The notes beneath the pieces were generated by a model. That model had not been told where the DNA came from. It saw only the letters and a program-made list of their open reading frames with translations, and did no database searches. A program made the position numbers and the translations under genes. A stretch of 63,814 bases of DNA, the filler included, from Choristocarpus tenellus KU-1152 (Eukaryota; Protista; Phaeophyceae): NCBI GenBank assembly GCA_964200185.2. It is 11 parts of 11 records of this genome, joined end to end, with 100 filler letters (N's around TTAATTAATTAA, not from the genome) between each part and the next. Parts side by side here need not be neighbours in the genome. Positions count along the whole stretch, not along the records: positions 1 to 12,692 come from CAXNAD020001737.1; 10 more parts are not named here. One strand, written 5' to 3'. The stretch's first letter is position 1. Each line of letters opens with the position of its first letter. Shown one piece after another: positions 1 to 12,282 of the stretch.

Positions 1-548
1 GGTGGAGTAGATTAGGAAATACAGACACCACTGCTGGGGTAATGGAGGAAAGGTAGAGCCAGATATATGTTTCCGTATATTTCAGTTGAGCTCTACACAA
101 GGTTCATGTATGGTAGTTCATGTGTATGGTAGGGACCTGATATTGGATCATCAGTCAATATATCACATATGGCACGTACGATAAGTAGATATGATTATTT
201 TCTGATTATCCATGTGGACATTGCAAATCCCACATGGTAGTCTGCACTGGTCTTACCCACCTTTTCAGTCAGCGGAATCGAGACCACAAAGACCCTTGTA
301 ATATCAACTTTGTTCTACATCAAGCTGTTCTTTGTCCTTCTTTAAAGCACCATAAAAGCCGCGGGTCCAGTGTGGGATAGTTCAACATACCTGTGTACGA
401 ACGACGGGAAAGACCACCAAACGGCGCTCGAGATGGCAGCAGGACTATGCGATGGTCAGGTCGGAAACTGTGAATAAATGGGAGAGAGAGTTCCAAACTA
501 AGGGCCACATCAAGGTATCGGAGCAAGGGTGTTACGAGAAGCGTTTCG

Positions 549-1384
549 TGTTAAAACATAGGCTACTCATTTGTTTTTCCCTTGATACGATACAGTTCCA
601 CCAGTCAATGACTCAAGTATCTGGGGGAGGGGGGGAGGTCTACACCAGGGTGTCCATTCGGACCCTGAAAAGGAAAAGTGCACCTACATTATGCATCCGA
701 TACATGCAACAAAATCACCCAAAAATTACTACATGGAAAAATGGGCCCTAAATGGACAGCCGCCACCCCCCTTCAGATACTTTGAGCCAATACTGACTGT
801 TGATTGGTCCGTTGCACACTGGTCGTTACTGTCACTAGTTCATCGTCACCACATCAATTACCGTCAGAACAATGCCGTACAGAACAGTCGCTCTGCATCC
901 TACACACACGAATAGTATGTGTCACTTGTGTTGCATCACATACTGACTCAAGCTTGTTCTGTTGTTCTGTTGTTTCCCCTTTTTTATTTTCTCTCTTCTT
1001 AGCAACAGCAGAATATGGTAGTTGTACGTTAATTGCTGATTATTATATCTTTCTTGGTTGTCATTGACTCCTCATATTGCACCAAGCTCACTCTGCAATA
1101 AGTGTACCTGATGCACATCTGGATGTTAGATGTTCAGAGTTAAACCATCCATGGAAACCATTGTCCGCCAAGGTAACAAGCCCCTCCACAGAGCATGTTC
1201 TTCTTTCGATGAGTTTCTCATGAAAGAACACTGAATTCACGTCACATTATTCTTGACTGAGCGATCAATGACCTCAGTTACAACAGAATAAATACATCGG
1301 TGCTTTGCAGCACTATGATTCCTCATCACACGTAGACTGCGTATTTTGCTCAGAAGTATGATGCATTCAATTCAGGTTTTAACA
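549..1384 (+). mobile_element. Solo LTR (family L1) containing a nested MITE-B
   Basis: Starts TGTTAAAAC and ends GTTTTAACA (9-bp terminal inverted repeat, TG...CA). Flanked by a perfect 5-bp TSD TTTCG (544-548 / 1385-1389). Homologous to 4911-5487 (-) and 62602-63273 (+). Confidence 0.9.
610..788 (+). mobile_element. MITE family B (~180 bp, poly-G/poly-C TIRs)
   Basis: GACTCAAGTATCTGGGGG...CCCCTTCAGATACTTTGAGCC. Absent at the equivalent position of the other LTR copies. (C)AAT is duplicated at the flanks. Confidence 0.85.
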
Positions 1385-1595
1385 TTTCGTTCTGGGCCTC
1401 GACGATAACATCCTTGCCGACGTCAAAGAGTAGGTTCGCGAACACACAGGAAGAAAGGGTTGGGATGCCTTTTTCCCCCTAAAAAAGCATCCTTTAATCA
1501 CGTAATTAGTGCATCTGTTCCTACTCTTGGTGACCTACAACCCAGGGTTCGAACACCAATATGAGCGCTATTTCTAATAAAAATAAACAGTACAA

Positions 1596-1853
1596 GAACC
1601 AAAGTATCTTAGAGGGTAAAGCCGCGTCCATTTGGGGGCCAAAATCCAATCTTGCGATTTCGATGTAATTTTGATTATCGTGTTTGTTAGGAAGTGCCAA
1701 TATCCTTGTTCTGGACACACCTTTTCAAAACATATACATTTTACCTGCTCTGAATTTTTTTCAAGTAGGAAAATGTTATACGAACCCCAATGGAAACCAA
1801 GCCCCAAATGGACAAACAGGGCAAAATTCGTACCTTCTAAGATACTTTCACTC
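1596..1853 (+). mobile_element. MITE family A (258 bp, Sola2-like)
   Basis: TIRs GAACCAAAGTATCTTAGAGGGTA ... TACCTTCTAAGATACTTTCACTC; perfect 4-bp TSD ACAA (1592-1595 / 1854-1857). Confidence 0.9.
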
Positions 1854-2229
1854 ACAAGGGCCTTGTGATGGGCATCACGACTATGCTTTCGTTTTTTTAA
1901 TCCGATGTCTATATCAAAAGTTATGACGGGACAACCCCAAAGGGCGAAACTGCTGATACCACTATATTATGTGGAACACCAATCCTTTTGAACCCAAATT
2001 GATCGTTGAACCTCCGCATGAAATTTCCTTCGAGTTGATTTTTCTTGCCCGTTGTTTTTGTAGGGACGGAACTGAAATGGTATTTTTTATTGATACCATG
2101 TCACAGGGAGAGGAACTGAAGCCAGACTTGATCTTCAATGAAGAGTCTGCGAAAGTTATCAACTGTATAAACAACAACTAGAACAATTAATGGTGAGTAA
2201 TGGAGGTGTGCTGATGATGGCTGGACCCT

Positions 2230-4550
2230 GTGCGAGAGGTGGAATCTACAGGGTGTCAACAGGATCAGCATTCAGGAAGTGTGGAGTGCTGGCTGTGTAG
2301 AGGACCACACTTTCAATCCTCTTGCCTCGCTGCTTTTTTGTCACGTGCTGGATCCTGTACAAGTTCATGCTATGTTTGTGGATTGAAAGGATACAAGGCT
2401 TACCGTTGTCCCAAACGTGCTGGAGCTGTTGGAGGGACTGGCTAAGGATCGGGTCAAGGATCGACTAACTCTGGACCAAATCCCAAAAGGAAGAGGAAGG
2501 ACTGTAAAGAAAAAGGGAGTGGTGATGTCAACAACACTGGTGAATGTTTGGATGATACAAGCAGGGACACAATCTGGGGGAGAATCATATTGGAAAAGGG
2601 AAATTCTTTGCGATTAGCCCCTCCTTGAAGTACCAGACATGATAGAGAGGATTGTGTCCAGACTAGTTCTAGCTGAGGGGGAGGTGCGAAACTGACGCAC
2701 TCACCCTGACAAGGGCTGGAGGAGATACCGTCAACGGTGGAACATCTGAGGAGATTGCAATGTCAAAAGAGACCCAAAGTATCCGTGGGGGGGGGGGGGG
2801 GACTACACCAGGGTGTCCATTTGGACCAAAATCATGAAAGGTGCATTTACATTATCCATCGGATGTATGCAACCAAATCAACCAAAATCATGACATAAAA
2901 AAATTGACCCCAAATGGACAGCCGCCATCCCCCCTAGATACTTTGAGCCAAGGTGATGTTGCAACGACAGGAAAGAATACCCTTGATGGGGTTTCAGGAG
3001 GTGCCATCGACCCAGGGAGGACTGTTGAGGAGGAGGGGTCTACCCCAAAGGTGGTTGGAATGGATGTTGACCTGGAGCGATCGGTTGGAGCAAACATAAC
3101 ATCAGAGGAGGATGTTGCGTGGCATCTGATAACCTCACCCAGGAGGGGTCTAGAAGAGTCGACTTCGCACAGGATGAGGCTACAGGTATCGATCTACCCC
3201 ACCCTGGGGCTAGAGATGTCGATCTTGCCCAAGAGGGGAGTGGAGGAGATGTCGATTGTGGAGGATAGATGTTTGAGGCTACTACACCAGTGGAGGATGC
3301 TGTGGCGAAGAGCATGCTTCCCCCTGAGGGGGTTGAAGTGAATGCCATTGTCCCAGGGGGGATTGTTGTGGGGGAGGGACCCACCCCAAAGATGGCACCA
3401 ACAGTTATCGATCCAGGGGGATCAACGAGTACGAATGCAATATCAGAGTCCCCATACATGATGGATTTAGGGGTAGTGGGTTTGATGCCTGAGGAAGTTG
3501 AACCAGGTAAGTGTGGGACTGTGGATAAGTCCAGTCAAGATGTTGCTGAGAAAGTTGTGCTATGTCCTGTGGTAGCAGAAAATGCAATGGGGTTCGCTAT
3601 GGAGAGCGAGGAGTTGGATGAATGTTTGGACACTGCCGTTGGTGATATGGACCCATTGTCACAGCAGGGGAGTGTGAGGAAGAAGATACTGTGACATGTG
3701 GATCCCAATAGGGACCCTCCACCTGAACCAGGCGAACTATTGGAAGAGTTAGCGGAGATGGCACTGTGGAATTTGTTTCAAGTCCACAGGTACCAGGAAA
3801 TGAGCGGGAATTGGGAGTGGAGTCAGTGAGATCTGATCGAGTACTAGATACAGGCATGGTGGGTGTGAATCAGAAGTCGCAGCAGGGGAGTGTGGTAAAT
3901 ACCTTGATACTGAGACTTGCTGATCACAACCGAGATCCTACACGTTAGTCAAGTTCACTATCTGAGAGACAACTGAGGTATGAATGGAGACTGGGAAGTC
4001 TGCTTGTTGGTGGGAAAGATAGACTCCTCCCACCAGAAACCCAAGAAAACGTGAGAGACAATGGAATCGGAGGAGAGTGGCCCTTGTGGAAAGGGACTGT
4101 GGATGAGAAAATAGGTATACACAGCAGACATTCAAAGACCCAGTTTGCTTACCCATTAAGTAGGGACAAGGTTTTCGACTGAGGCAGGTGGATGTTAAAG
4201 GGAGAGTGCAGAGGTCCAAGGCGGGACTAGGACGACCAGAAAGACAAATAGGGTGGAGCGGGAGGGACCCGTTCCAGACTACTACAGATCTGTGATTGGT
4301 GGTATACAATGGGCTGCTATCATGACTTGACCTGATGTATCATTTGCAGCTAGAGAACTTTCATCTAATGTGGAGAAGTTGGTCTGATTGGTGTAATAGT
4401 AAGAGAGTGACTGGGTACCTGTTGGGTACCTAAGAGCATGGAACTACCTTTGGTGACTTTGAGGATGTCCTTGTGCGATGCAATGTTGGCTAACTATATT
4501 TGTGGGTGTTTTTGGTGGCTTATGGTAGATTTGGGTTGTACAAGAAGGAG
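2230..4550 (+). mobile_element. Decayed Copia-like gag-pol remnant with internal deletions
   Basis: Gag-type zinc knuckles CWLCRGPHFQSSC and CYVCGLKGYKAYRC (about 2285-2410). RT motifs DVKGRVQRSKAGL (about 4190-4230), GGIQWAAIMT*PDVSFAAREL and KRVTGYLLGT (about 4298-4430). Confidence 0.65.
2771..2949 (+). mobile_element. MITE family B
   Basis: GACCCAAAGTATCCGTGGGG...CCCCTAGATACTTTGAGCC; flanks AAGA/AAGG (4-bp TSD with 1 mismatch). Confidence 0.85.
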
Positions 4551-4910
4551 AATGCACAAATGGCTGGGGTGTGGGGGTCGTGGTGTTTGGTTAAGTAGCG
4601 AGTGCTTTCGTGCACACGCTGTACACATAACCTGGGACATGTCTACATCCATGACAAACCTCAAAGACGCCCCGGTTTCATATGGTGGTTGAGGGGTCGA
4701 ATATTTAACAACAAATGTGTGTCAGGACCGAGGGTTCATGTGATTTGTGGGTCGCCCAGGCTCGCATTGCAACCGGTCGCATGCTGATAGCAGAGGGAGC
4801 TGCGATGAAATACTTGCAGTGTGGAAACGGGCTTAAGATGTTCATGCTTTCGCCAAAGTTGGTACAAGGGATCTTGGAACTGTTTATAGAGAGAAAAGCG
4901 TAGAAACAAT

Positions 4911-5487
4911 TGTTGAAACCTGAATCGAATGCATCATGCATGTAAGCAAAATGCGTAGACTACTAGCGATGAGGAATCATGGNNNNNNNNNNTCAATCCA
5001 GAATGATGTGGTGTAAATTCAGTGTTCTTTCATGTGATGCTCAACGAAAGAAGTCCATGCTCTGTGGAGAGGCTTGTTACCTTGCTGGCAAGGGTTTCCG
5101 CGGATGGTTTTAACTCTGTTTTATTACATCCTTGTGTTTTTTGATGCACAGTTTTCAGAGCGGCACTGATGTAATTTGAGAGATCAATGGCAGTCATGAA
5201 AGAAATAGTAAACCATCAATGTACAACTGTCATCTTCTGCTGATAAGAAAGAGTGAAAGAAAACAAACAAAATTGGAACAATATGTGGTGCAACTAAAGT
5301 GACGTACACTATACTATACTATTTGTGTGGAACGCAGAGCAACTATTCTGTACTGTGTTCTGATTGTAGTTGATGTGGTGAATACGAACCAATGAGAGTA
5401 ATGTCCAGAACGTAACAGACCAATCAACAGTCGGTGTTGACATGGAACTATATCGTATCAAGGAACAGAGTAGCCTATGTTTTAACA
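4911..5487 (-). mobile_element. 3' LTR (family L1) of a minus-strand Copia-like element, preceded by a polypurine tract
   Basis: Reverse complement begins TGTTAAAACATAGGCTA like 549 and ends GGTTTCAACA. CCCTCCCCC at 5488-5496 is a GGGGGAGGG PPT on the minus strand. No TSD match across the LTR. Contains a 10-N gap at 4983-4992. Confidence 0.8.
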
Positions 5488-8000
5488 CCCTCCCCCGACT
5501 GAAAGAAGTGGAACGCTCTGTTGAAGGAGTGTGACGTACGGCTATGAGCAGGAAAGAAAACATATCAAACCTGTCGAAAATAAGGACCCAAAGTATCTGG
5601 GGGGGGGGGGTTACAAAAGGGTGTCCATCTGGGCCAAAACCAGGAAAAGTGCACTTACATTATCCTTCTAATTTATGCAACCAAATCACCCCAAAATCGT
5701 GACATGAAAAAAATGGCCCCAAATGGACAGCCGCCACGCCCCCCCCAGATACTTTTGGCTCAATTCAGCCAAGGTTGGTGCTACTAGCATATTCTACTCT
5801 AAAGTATGCAAAGTTACCACTACAGCATTGCCATAGTTGAGCACAAGTGTGTGTAATACAATGTGTGAGTGTATTTGCCTCCAACAAGAAGTACTGCATA
5901 CTTCAGGCATGCATATATTTGCTTTTATTTTTCTAACACTTCGTAAGCACTTTTTCCAGAATGTAAGCTAGGTATGGTAAACGCCGATCAAGCTGACTTT
6001 CTTGCCTTTGGAGAGCTAGGACACCACTATCTTTGCGCTGAACAACACCAATAAAAAGTACTGATACTATCAGTACTTGCAATATCACGTTCAGACTAAA
6101 AGTTGCTTAAGTAACGCATTCCTCATGCTGTTATTTCTAAATGCAATTACATGATGACCTCTTCTGCTGCAACTGACCCTTCGGCACCCCCCTCAAACAT
6201 ATCAACTGGAGAGATTATATAGTGTGGCATTCCTACCATCATAGAAAATTACAAAACAGAGTTCACCTTGGACAGTAGTGTAATCAATGCCCTCGATCTT
6301 CAATGTTTCCCTCTTCTACAGCCTTCTGTTTTACTCTCAGTCACACTGATACCACTTTTTGTATAACAGAGCAATGATTGGTTGTACCCCTTACCTTGAT
6401 GTGCTCACAAGTCCAACTTTGATCAAGGGAGTTATGCAGTGTGCTTTTTCTTGGTGGGGTCCATAGTATCCAGAGCAGCATATGATCGAGCTATATCCAA
6501 TTGTTAAACTACCAGCAGTGCCAAATTTCTTATTAGTGCTTCAATAGGGAAATTACACAATGGTTTCAGATACAATTTGGTTTTGTCATCTCATGCATTT
6601 TTCAAGCCCCTCAGCAAGCTTTGTTGTACTCTTGATATAAGAAATGTCCCTACTCCTGGAGGGGGGCCCCACCTTGTCGGAATGTATTGTAGACCCCCCG
6701 CAAAGCTAGTTGAGCAAGACACAATATTGACGGGGAATTGGATTTGGGTACAAAACACTTAACTACGTAAGGTGCAGTCAACAGCACAGACCATTTATGG
6801 ATAGGGCTATATGTGTGGAATGCATACTGTTCCATACAAGGGCAACTACTTTGCACTTAAGTCAGCAGAGTGAAGTACCGAATAAAAATAACAATCTTGG
6901 CAATGTCAAGGTAAGGATAATATTTATCTTGGTCTTGAGTTCAACGTCAAGCAGTAGAGGGTTCTCACTTAATGCTGGAGCATTGGCAGGAAGACACTCA
7001 TATATCAGATGACAAACTGAGTCAAGCATATGCCAACTCTGAGATCTTGAATAACCTTTGGTGCAGCTAGGGTTCCAAACCACACCCACTGTCACTCCTA
7101 CAAATATGACGAATGTGTAACATTACATAATGTTACACCGAGTACAACATCTGGAAATAGTATTTAAACTATATTCCATACGACAAACCATATCTGATCA
7201 AGGACTACAATTCAATGACCGTTCCTGTTATGTCTGAGAGGTATTGAACACTTCTTCTGACAACATAATGAGGTAATGACAAGTCAACCGTTTGTGATTT
7301 GTACTCACAAGGTGAATCAGAGTAGAGGGTCTCAAATCAATATACTCACACCAAGAAACTATTTGTGTATCATTTACAGGTAGGAGAGTAGTATGCACAA
7401 GTATTTGTAGGCATTTCTAATAAACAAGTAGTGACAAGAGGATGGAAAGGCAACCTCTAACCACCCATATACAGAAAAATTGGTGGGTACATTTTTTGAA
7501 CTAGTTAAAGTGAAAAGGGACTGCAACATAATACACTAGATACACCATGTCACACAGGACCCTACTGAGACTTCCAAGGCATATAAATTAAAAAAGGGGG
7601 TTGATACTATACACAAAAATAAACTAAATTACAAGCAAGATCTGTACATGATTGTTCATTTAAAATAACAGTGAGACTTGTTAAACAAGATGTAGAGACA
7701 GATAAGCAACACAATTGTTTTCTTTGCATGTATTAGGACAAATAATTTATACATGATAGTAACAGTTATATTATCAAATCGGTATTTGCACACCATTCCA
7801 CAACGTGAGTTCTCAGGAAACGATTAGTGGTGCAAGCTTCCTAAGTTTACATCATTTGTACATCTTCACTCCTTGAAGCTTATACAAACACTTGTACACG
7901 TGGTTTTTCTACTGACTTGTACAGCATGGAGTTAAATCATAAATGCAACAGCGCAAGGAAGCAGGGCAAGTCATCAGTACAGTGTGCAGGTTATTTATCA
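5488..8000 (-). mobile_element. Decayed Copia-like internal region (RT/RNase H) attached to the L1 3' LTR
   Basis: Minus-strand traces in RT-to-RNase H order: SWHMLD (about 7030), FPIEALIRNLALLVV*QLDIA (about 6490-6550), KGTT (about 6385), FRVEYASSTNL (about 5770-5805). Heavily mutated; the 8000 boundary is uncertain. Confidence 0.5.
5585..5761 (+). mobile_element. MITE family B
   Basis: GACCCAAAGTATCTGGGGG...CCCCCAGATACTTTTGGCTC with the same internal sequence as 610 and 2771. TSD not resolvable. Confidence 0.85.
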
Positions 8001-9567
8001 CAGTATGCATTAAGGACTTCAGGCATACACGATCAAGTACATGTACACACAGATCAAAACAGCTGACATTGACTTATCTAAAGACTTGACAGATGTCTCC
8101 ATTGAATACCTTTCTGTGATCATGCCCTGGAAGTACATCACATACACATCCTGATTGGAATAGAAAGAGGGTTACATCCTGGTGAAGTAGACCTCAGGGG
8201 AGAGAAACGTGATAATAAAAAGAACATTTATTGACGTGGTAGTCGGTGAAGTCAAAGGTTCACTAAAAGTTCGCAGGCCCACAAAGTAGGATACTATAGG
8301 TCACATGATTGCGATTTCTTAAAATAGGGTATGTCGCACATGAAACGAAGTAGAATTACACACATGAAAACAACTAACCAACACCTGTAGAGATCAAAAC
8401 ATCCTGAGAAATCGCTGCAGCCCAACACAACTGGTACATCTCATGTTCTACGATCAATACATGACAATGCACGGGTACGAGGCAAACGCGAATGGTAAGG
8501 ACTGGGTGCTCAATAGACATTGGTCCCACGCCATTCTAGGAAATGGGTGTTAGGATCGGGCGCCAGTTCATGCAGTCAGTCTCATAGTGGTATCTATAGA
8601 TGACTCGAGACAACTATATTTCTATTAGAGAGAGGGTGTTCTTGTCATTCATCTTTGTGTTCTTGCGCGATTTTGTATGGCTCACTAACCACCACCCTAA
8701 TAGTACGTGGGGCTGTGCGTTGAGTTAATTTATGGATACGTTTAATATCTGTGACCACCTGTAGCACACGATTTTCGATAACGCAGTCTCACCTTCAATC
8801 ATCATCAGTTTAGCAGAGTTTCGATTCACCTGGAACAGTCCTTCACCCTGCAAATTCAAGAACGCACGACAGAGGAACTAGTACTCCCATGCTTAGCGAG
8901 GAAGGTCGAACAAAACATTGCAGTTGTGGAGGAAATGCCAGTGATACTGTGTCAAAAGGACACGTACACTGGCGGCATTATTTTCTTTCATCGATGTGAG
9001 CCACGCAAACGCGGCAGGTAATCCCCGTTGAGTTGGCACCGGTCTATGTTGGGACCAATGCTGACTGCATTTCTATACTATGACGAAGATAACCCAGGTA
9101 CCTGGCCAGGACTCCGAGGGCGAGGTGTTTTAGGCCCCTCCCTCATCTTCATCGCAACGGCCCGGCAACCCAGGGTGTATACCGATTCCGGCTGGCACTC
9201 TCTGCCCTTGCGTCCGGGGAATTTCCCCAGGCTGACACCCCCCATTCACCACAAGGTGATGCAAGAGGACAAGGAATGATCCATGCCTCCCTTTTGCATT
9301 AAGGAGGGTCGCCCGATGGCAGTCCGTGCCGTGTTTGCGTGACTGAACACTTTAAGGAAAGGGGGAGAGGGGAACCAGTCATAATCTTGACTTTTTTTCT
9401 TTAGTAGATATATTATGTTTTTAGATAGAAGGCCTGCACAGTTCATGGAAACGTTTTGGTGTGTTTATAATAATAGTGAATCTGTTGTGATGGGACTCAG
9501 AGTAAGGACAAACAGCAACAGTAATAGTAGTATTTTACTTTAGTACCGCGCAAGAGACATCCAAACG

Positions 9568-12282
9568 ATGGGGGTGGGTGGAGTTGAAGTTGGCGGCATC
9601 AGTACAAATTCCGTTGCCTCTGAATTGGGTGATGAGAATGCTGGTGGCACGTTGTCGTCCACCGCTCAGCCCAGTGCATTCAATGTGCCAAGGATGGCGA
9701 TGGGCCAGGTCTTTCAGGGCACTTGTCCAGTGACATCAATGGACTTTCACGAGGAAGGAGAGCTTTGCGTCACAGCTAACAAGGATCGGTGAGTAAATGA
9801 AGGGTGACTGGATCTGGGGGGTCAAAGGAGAGAAGAAAGAAATCATAATCTCCATACACGTCCCAAGGTGTATTGAGATGCCAACAGAGGTTGGCTTGGA
9901 ATTGGCCCGTTTTAGGGGGAAGACTACATACCATCATGAATGCCATATTGTTTCGGATAGTCTGAGTGAGGGAATTAGAGTTTGGGTTGGGATTGGTGAA
10001 CGATGATCTCAGTTGAAGACTTACATACATTGCCATTTTCTTGATCTCCATTGCCCCCACACAATATGATCTCCATCGGGTTCTTATTTGTCAGGAGTAT
10101 TACGCTGATCAATGCTGTGGAAGGCCGAATCAGGAAGACGGTGCACTGCCAAAAATACGGGACAGGGGTGGTGCGATACACCCACCATGACCAGGTCTGA
10201 GTCCACATCTGAAGTTTTCCACCTGGTTTGGTGAAGATAGTGCTCGCCTTCCTTGCAGGGCGAGTGATCTTCCTTTCCGCTTTGCTGTAAGCATAAGCTC
10301 AATTTGCTCGTGCGTTTGGGTTGGTCATTATAATGTGTGGGATCCTGGGAATCATACACTTTTGGGGAATGGAAAGACTAACCAAAGACGTAGTTTGCAA
10401 CATTGATCCTCAGGAGTGCTGAGGGCTGGATCCCTCTCCCCACTGCCACCCTTAGCACCAAATCAATATTTTGATCCTAATGCATGCTGCCAAAATACCT
10501 GCAGACGATTCTAGTGAGCTCGGAGACTGGTGGCAGTGATCACGCGGTGCGTTACCTCTCGTTGTATGACAACCAGTTTCTCCGCTTCTTCCAAGGGCAC
10601 ACCGACAAGGTTATATCTATTGCTATGAGCCCTGTGGATGACCACTTCATGACTGGATCAACTGACAGGTTTGTAATGGCAGAGTGGTTGGGGCTAATTG
10701 AATCCCCTTAATTGATTATGTTTCCTTTCTCACAGAACATGTTATAAGGCTCGCCCACCCGTTACCCACTCACTCTTTTCCCTTCTTGAATGCCGATGTA
10801 GGACTGTTAGATTATGGCACCTGACGCGGCCGCAGTGCATGGCGGTCCTACAATTTCCTGTAAATAGTGGAGCACCTCATGTTGCATATGACCAGCAGGG
10901 ACTAGTTTTTGCTGCCACTGCCTCTCTTGGGGCAGCCAACATCATTAAGCTATACGATGCAAGGAATGTGAGCTCCTCCTCCCCACCCTCTCTGCCTTGA
11001 ACCCCGCACCTAGCTCTCTCACTCACTTCCCCAACTATGACTGTGGCAGTCTGTCATTGATCCCATACTTGGGTTTACTTCAAAGTAGTAGCTTAGGTAC
11101 CTGCTCTTTGCTGGGACTTTTTTTTGTCCATTTCCAAGAGATGGCTTGATCCCGCTTGAATCTACTGGATTAACCAGCAACTAGTGTCAGCAGTCCCTAG
11201 TGCACCACCGGTTAGTGTTGAGGGAGCCACTTTCTATTAGGCGTGACGAAGGGCATTACCCTCTTCTCTTCCTCTCTCTACTGCATTGAGCATGGCCTAT
11301 TGCACTGCCACTTCATGTTGAGGGGGCCACTTTCTAGCAGGCTTAAGGAAAGACATTGTCCACTCCCCATTCTCTCTCTCTAATCTGTCAGCCCAATCTT
11401 CTCTTCGCCCTCCTCTGTGCATGTGATACCTCGTGTGCCTTGTTTCACTTTGGCCCTTAACATTGGGCAGTATGGGAAAGGGCCGTTTGATACCTTCACC
11501 CTCATGCACGATACGGTGAGCATGTGTTGAAACGGATGGGCGAATCAGATGATTCCACCCGTCCTGAGGGTTAGATCAAATTTGGGCTAGTGAATGATTT
11601 TGCACCTATCTAGCAGGAAATATCTTAAGATTTACGGCGACCCTCTTAGTAGTTCCCCTGTCCCCCCTACTCTTCAGTGCTGAGACAGCTGTGGGAAAAA
11701 CTGAGTTACTCCCTGCCATTGTGCTCTCTTTCCCCCTTATGTGCAGTGCTTGCCAGTGTGGTCTGCATAGACTTGTGTAGTTCGCATAAAATTTTCATTG
11801 AACACATTTGCAAGAAATTAGTGTGGTTTTTTTTATCCCCATACGTGGAGATTGATGTCGTGCTGGTACCACTATGTCTTAAATTTCACTTTTCAGTCGG
11901 TCACTAGCTCCGACACATGGCTTCATTTGGGTCCTCTGTGCCTTTGATGAAAAATAATATAGTTGTATATTATTATATATACACACTGCATTTTATAGTA
12001 GGGACTGTAGTCGCACAAACTGGGTGGCGTGTTTTTATGTATTTTTAAAATAATAGTACCAAAAAGTTCTGTGTGTTTCTGTAACTTATTTTTTTCCCAT
12101 ATTTGAAGGTTACCAAATTTCTGGTGAGGAAGATCCCTACCATGCAGCCGCAGTTGGCACAGACACTGGCGAGGGCTAAGTGGATGAGCATGAAGTTCAG
12201 TGTGGATGGGCAGAATATCTTGGTCACCACAGACTCTAGTGTCATCCTCATGCTGGATGCTTATGAGGGCTACGTGAAGCAG
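9568..12282 (+). CDS. WDR82: WD40-repeat protein WDR82/SWD2 (COMPASS subunit), 3'-truncated by the contig end
   Basis: Six GT-AG exons in consistent phase: 9568-9788, 10095-10194, 10505-10668, 10802-10967, 11471-11515, 12109-12282. Motifs include KYGTGVVRYTHH, VRYLSLYDNQFLRFFQGHTDKV, MSPVDDHFMTGSTDRTVRLW, AYDQQGLVFA, IKLYDARNYGKGPFDTF and KFSVDGQNILVTT. Confidence 0.93.

Larger units (their letters stand above)
1..2170 (+). mobile_element. Highly decayed Copia-like pol remnant (RT to RNase H), interrupted by a solo LTR and a MITE
   Basis: About 65-160 reads FPY...MY...GPDIGSSVN, like the Copia RT FPY..LMY..TRPDIA.AV motif. About 2010-2110 reads HEISFELIFLARCFCRDGTEMVFFIDTMSQ, like the RNase H end KHI.IRYHF.R..V..G...YI.T..Q. 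Many stops and frameshifts; boundaries approximate. Confidence 0.4.

Noticed and set aside
1521-1926. Recurrent short ORFs such as PKWTNRAKFVPSKIL and KYLGGGG
   Set aside because: Incidental translations of MITE families A and B, not genes.
2841-3694. 141-166 aa ORFs as host genes
   Set aside because: They lie between Gag knuckles and RT traces of a decayed retroelement, and one starts inside a MITE.
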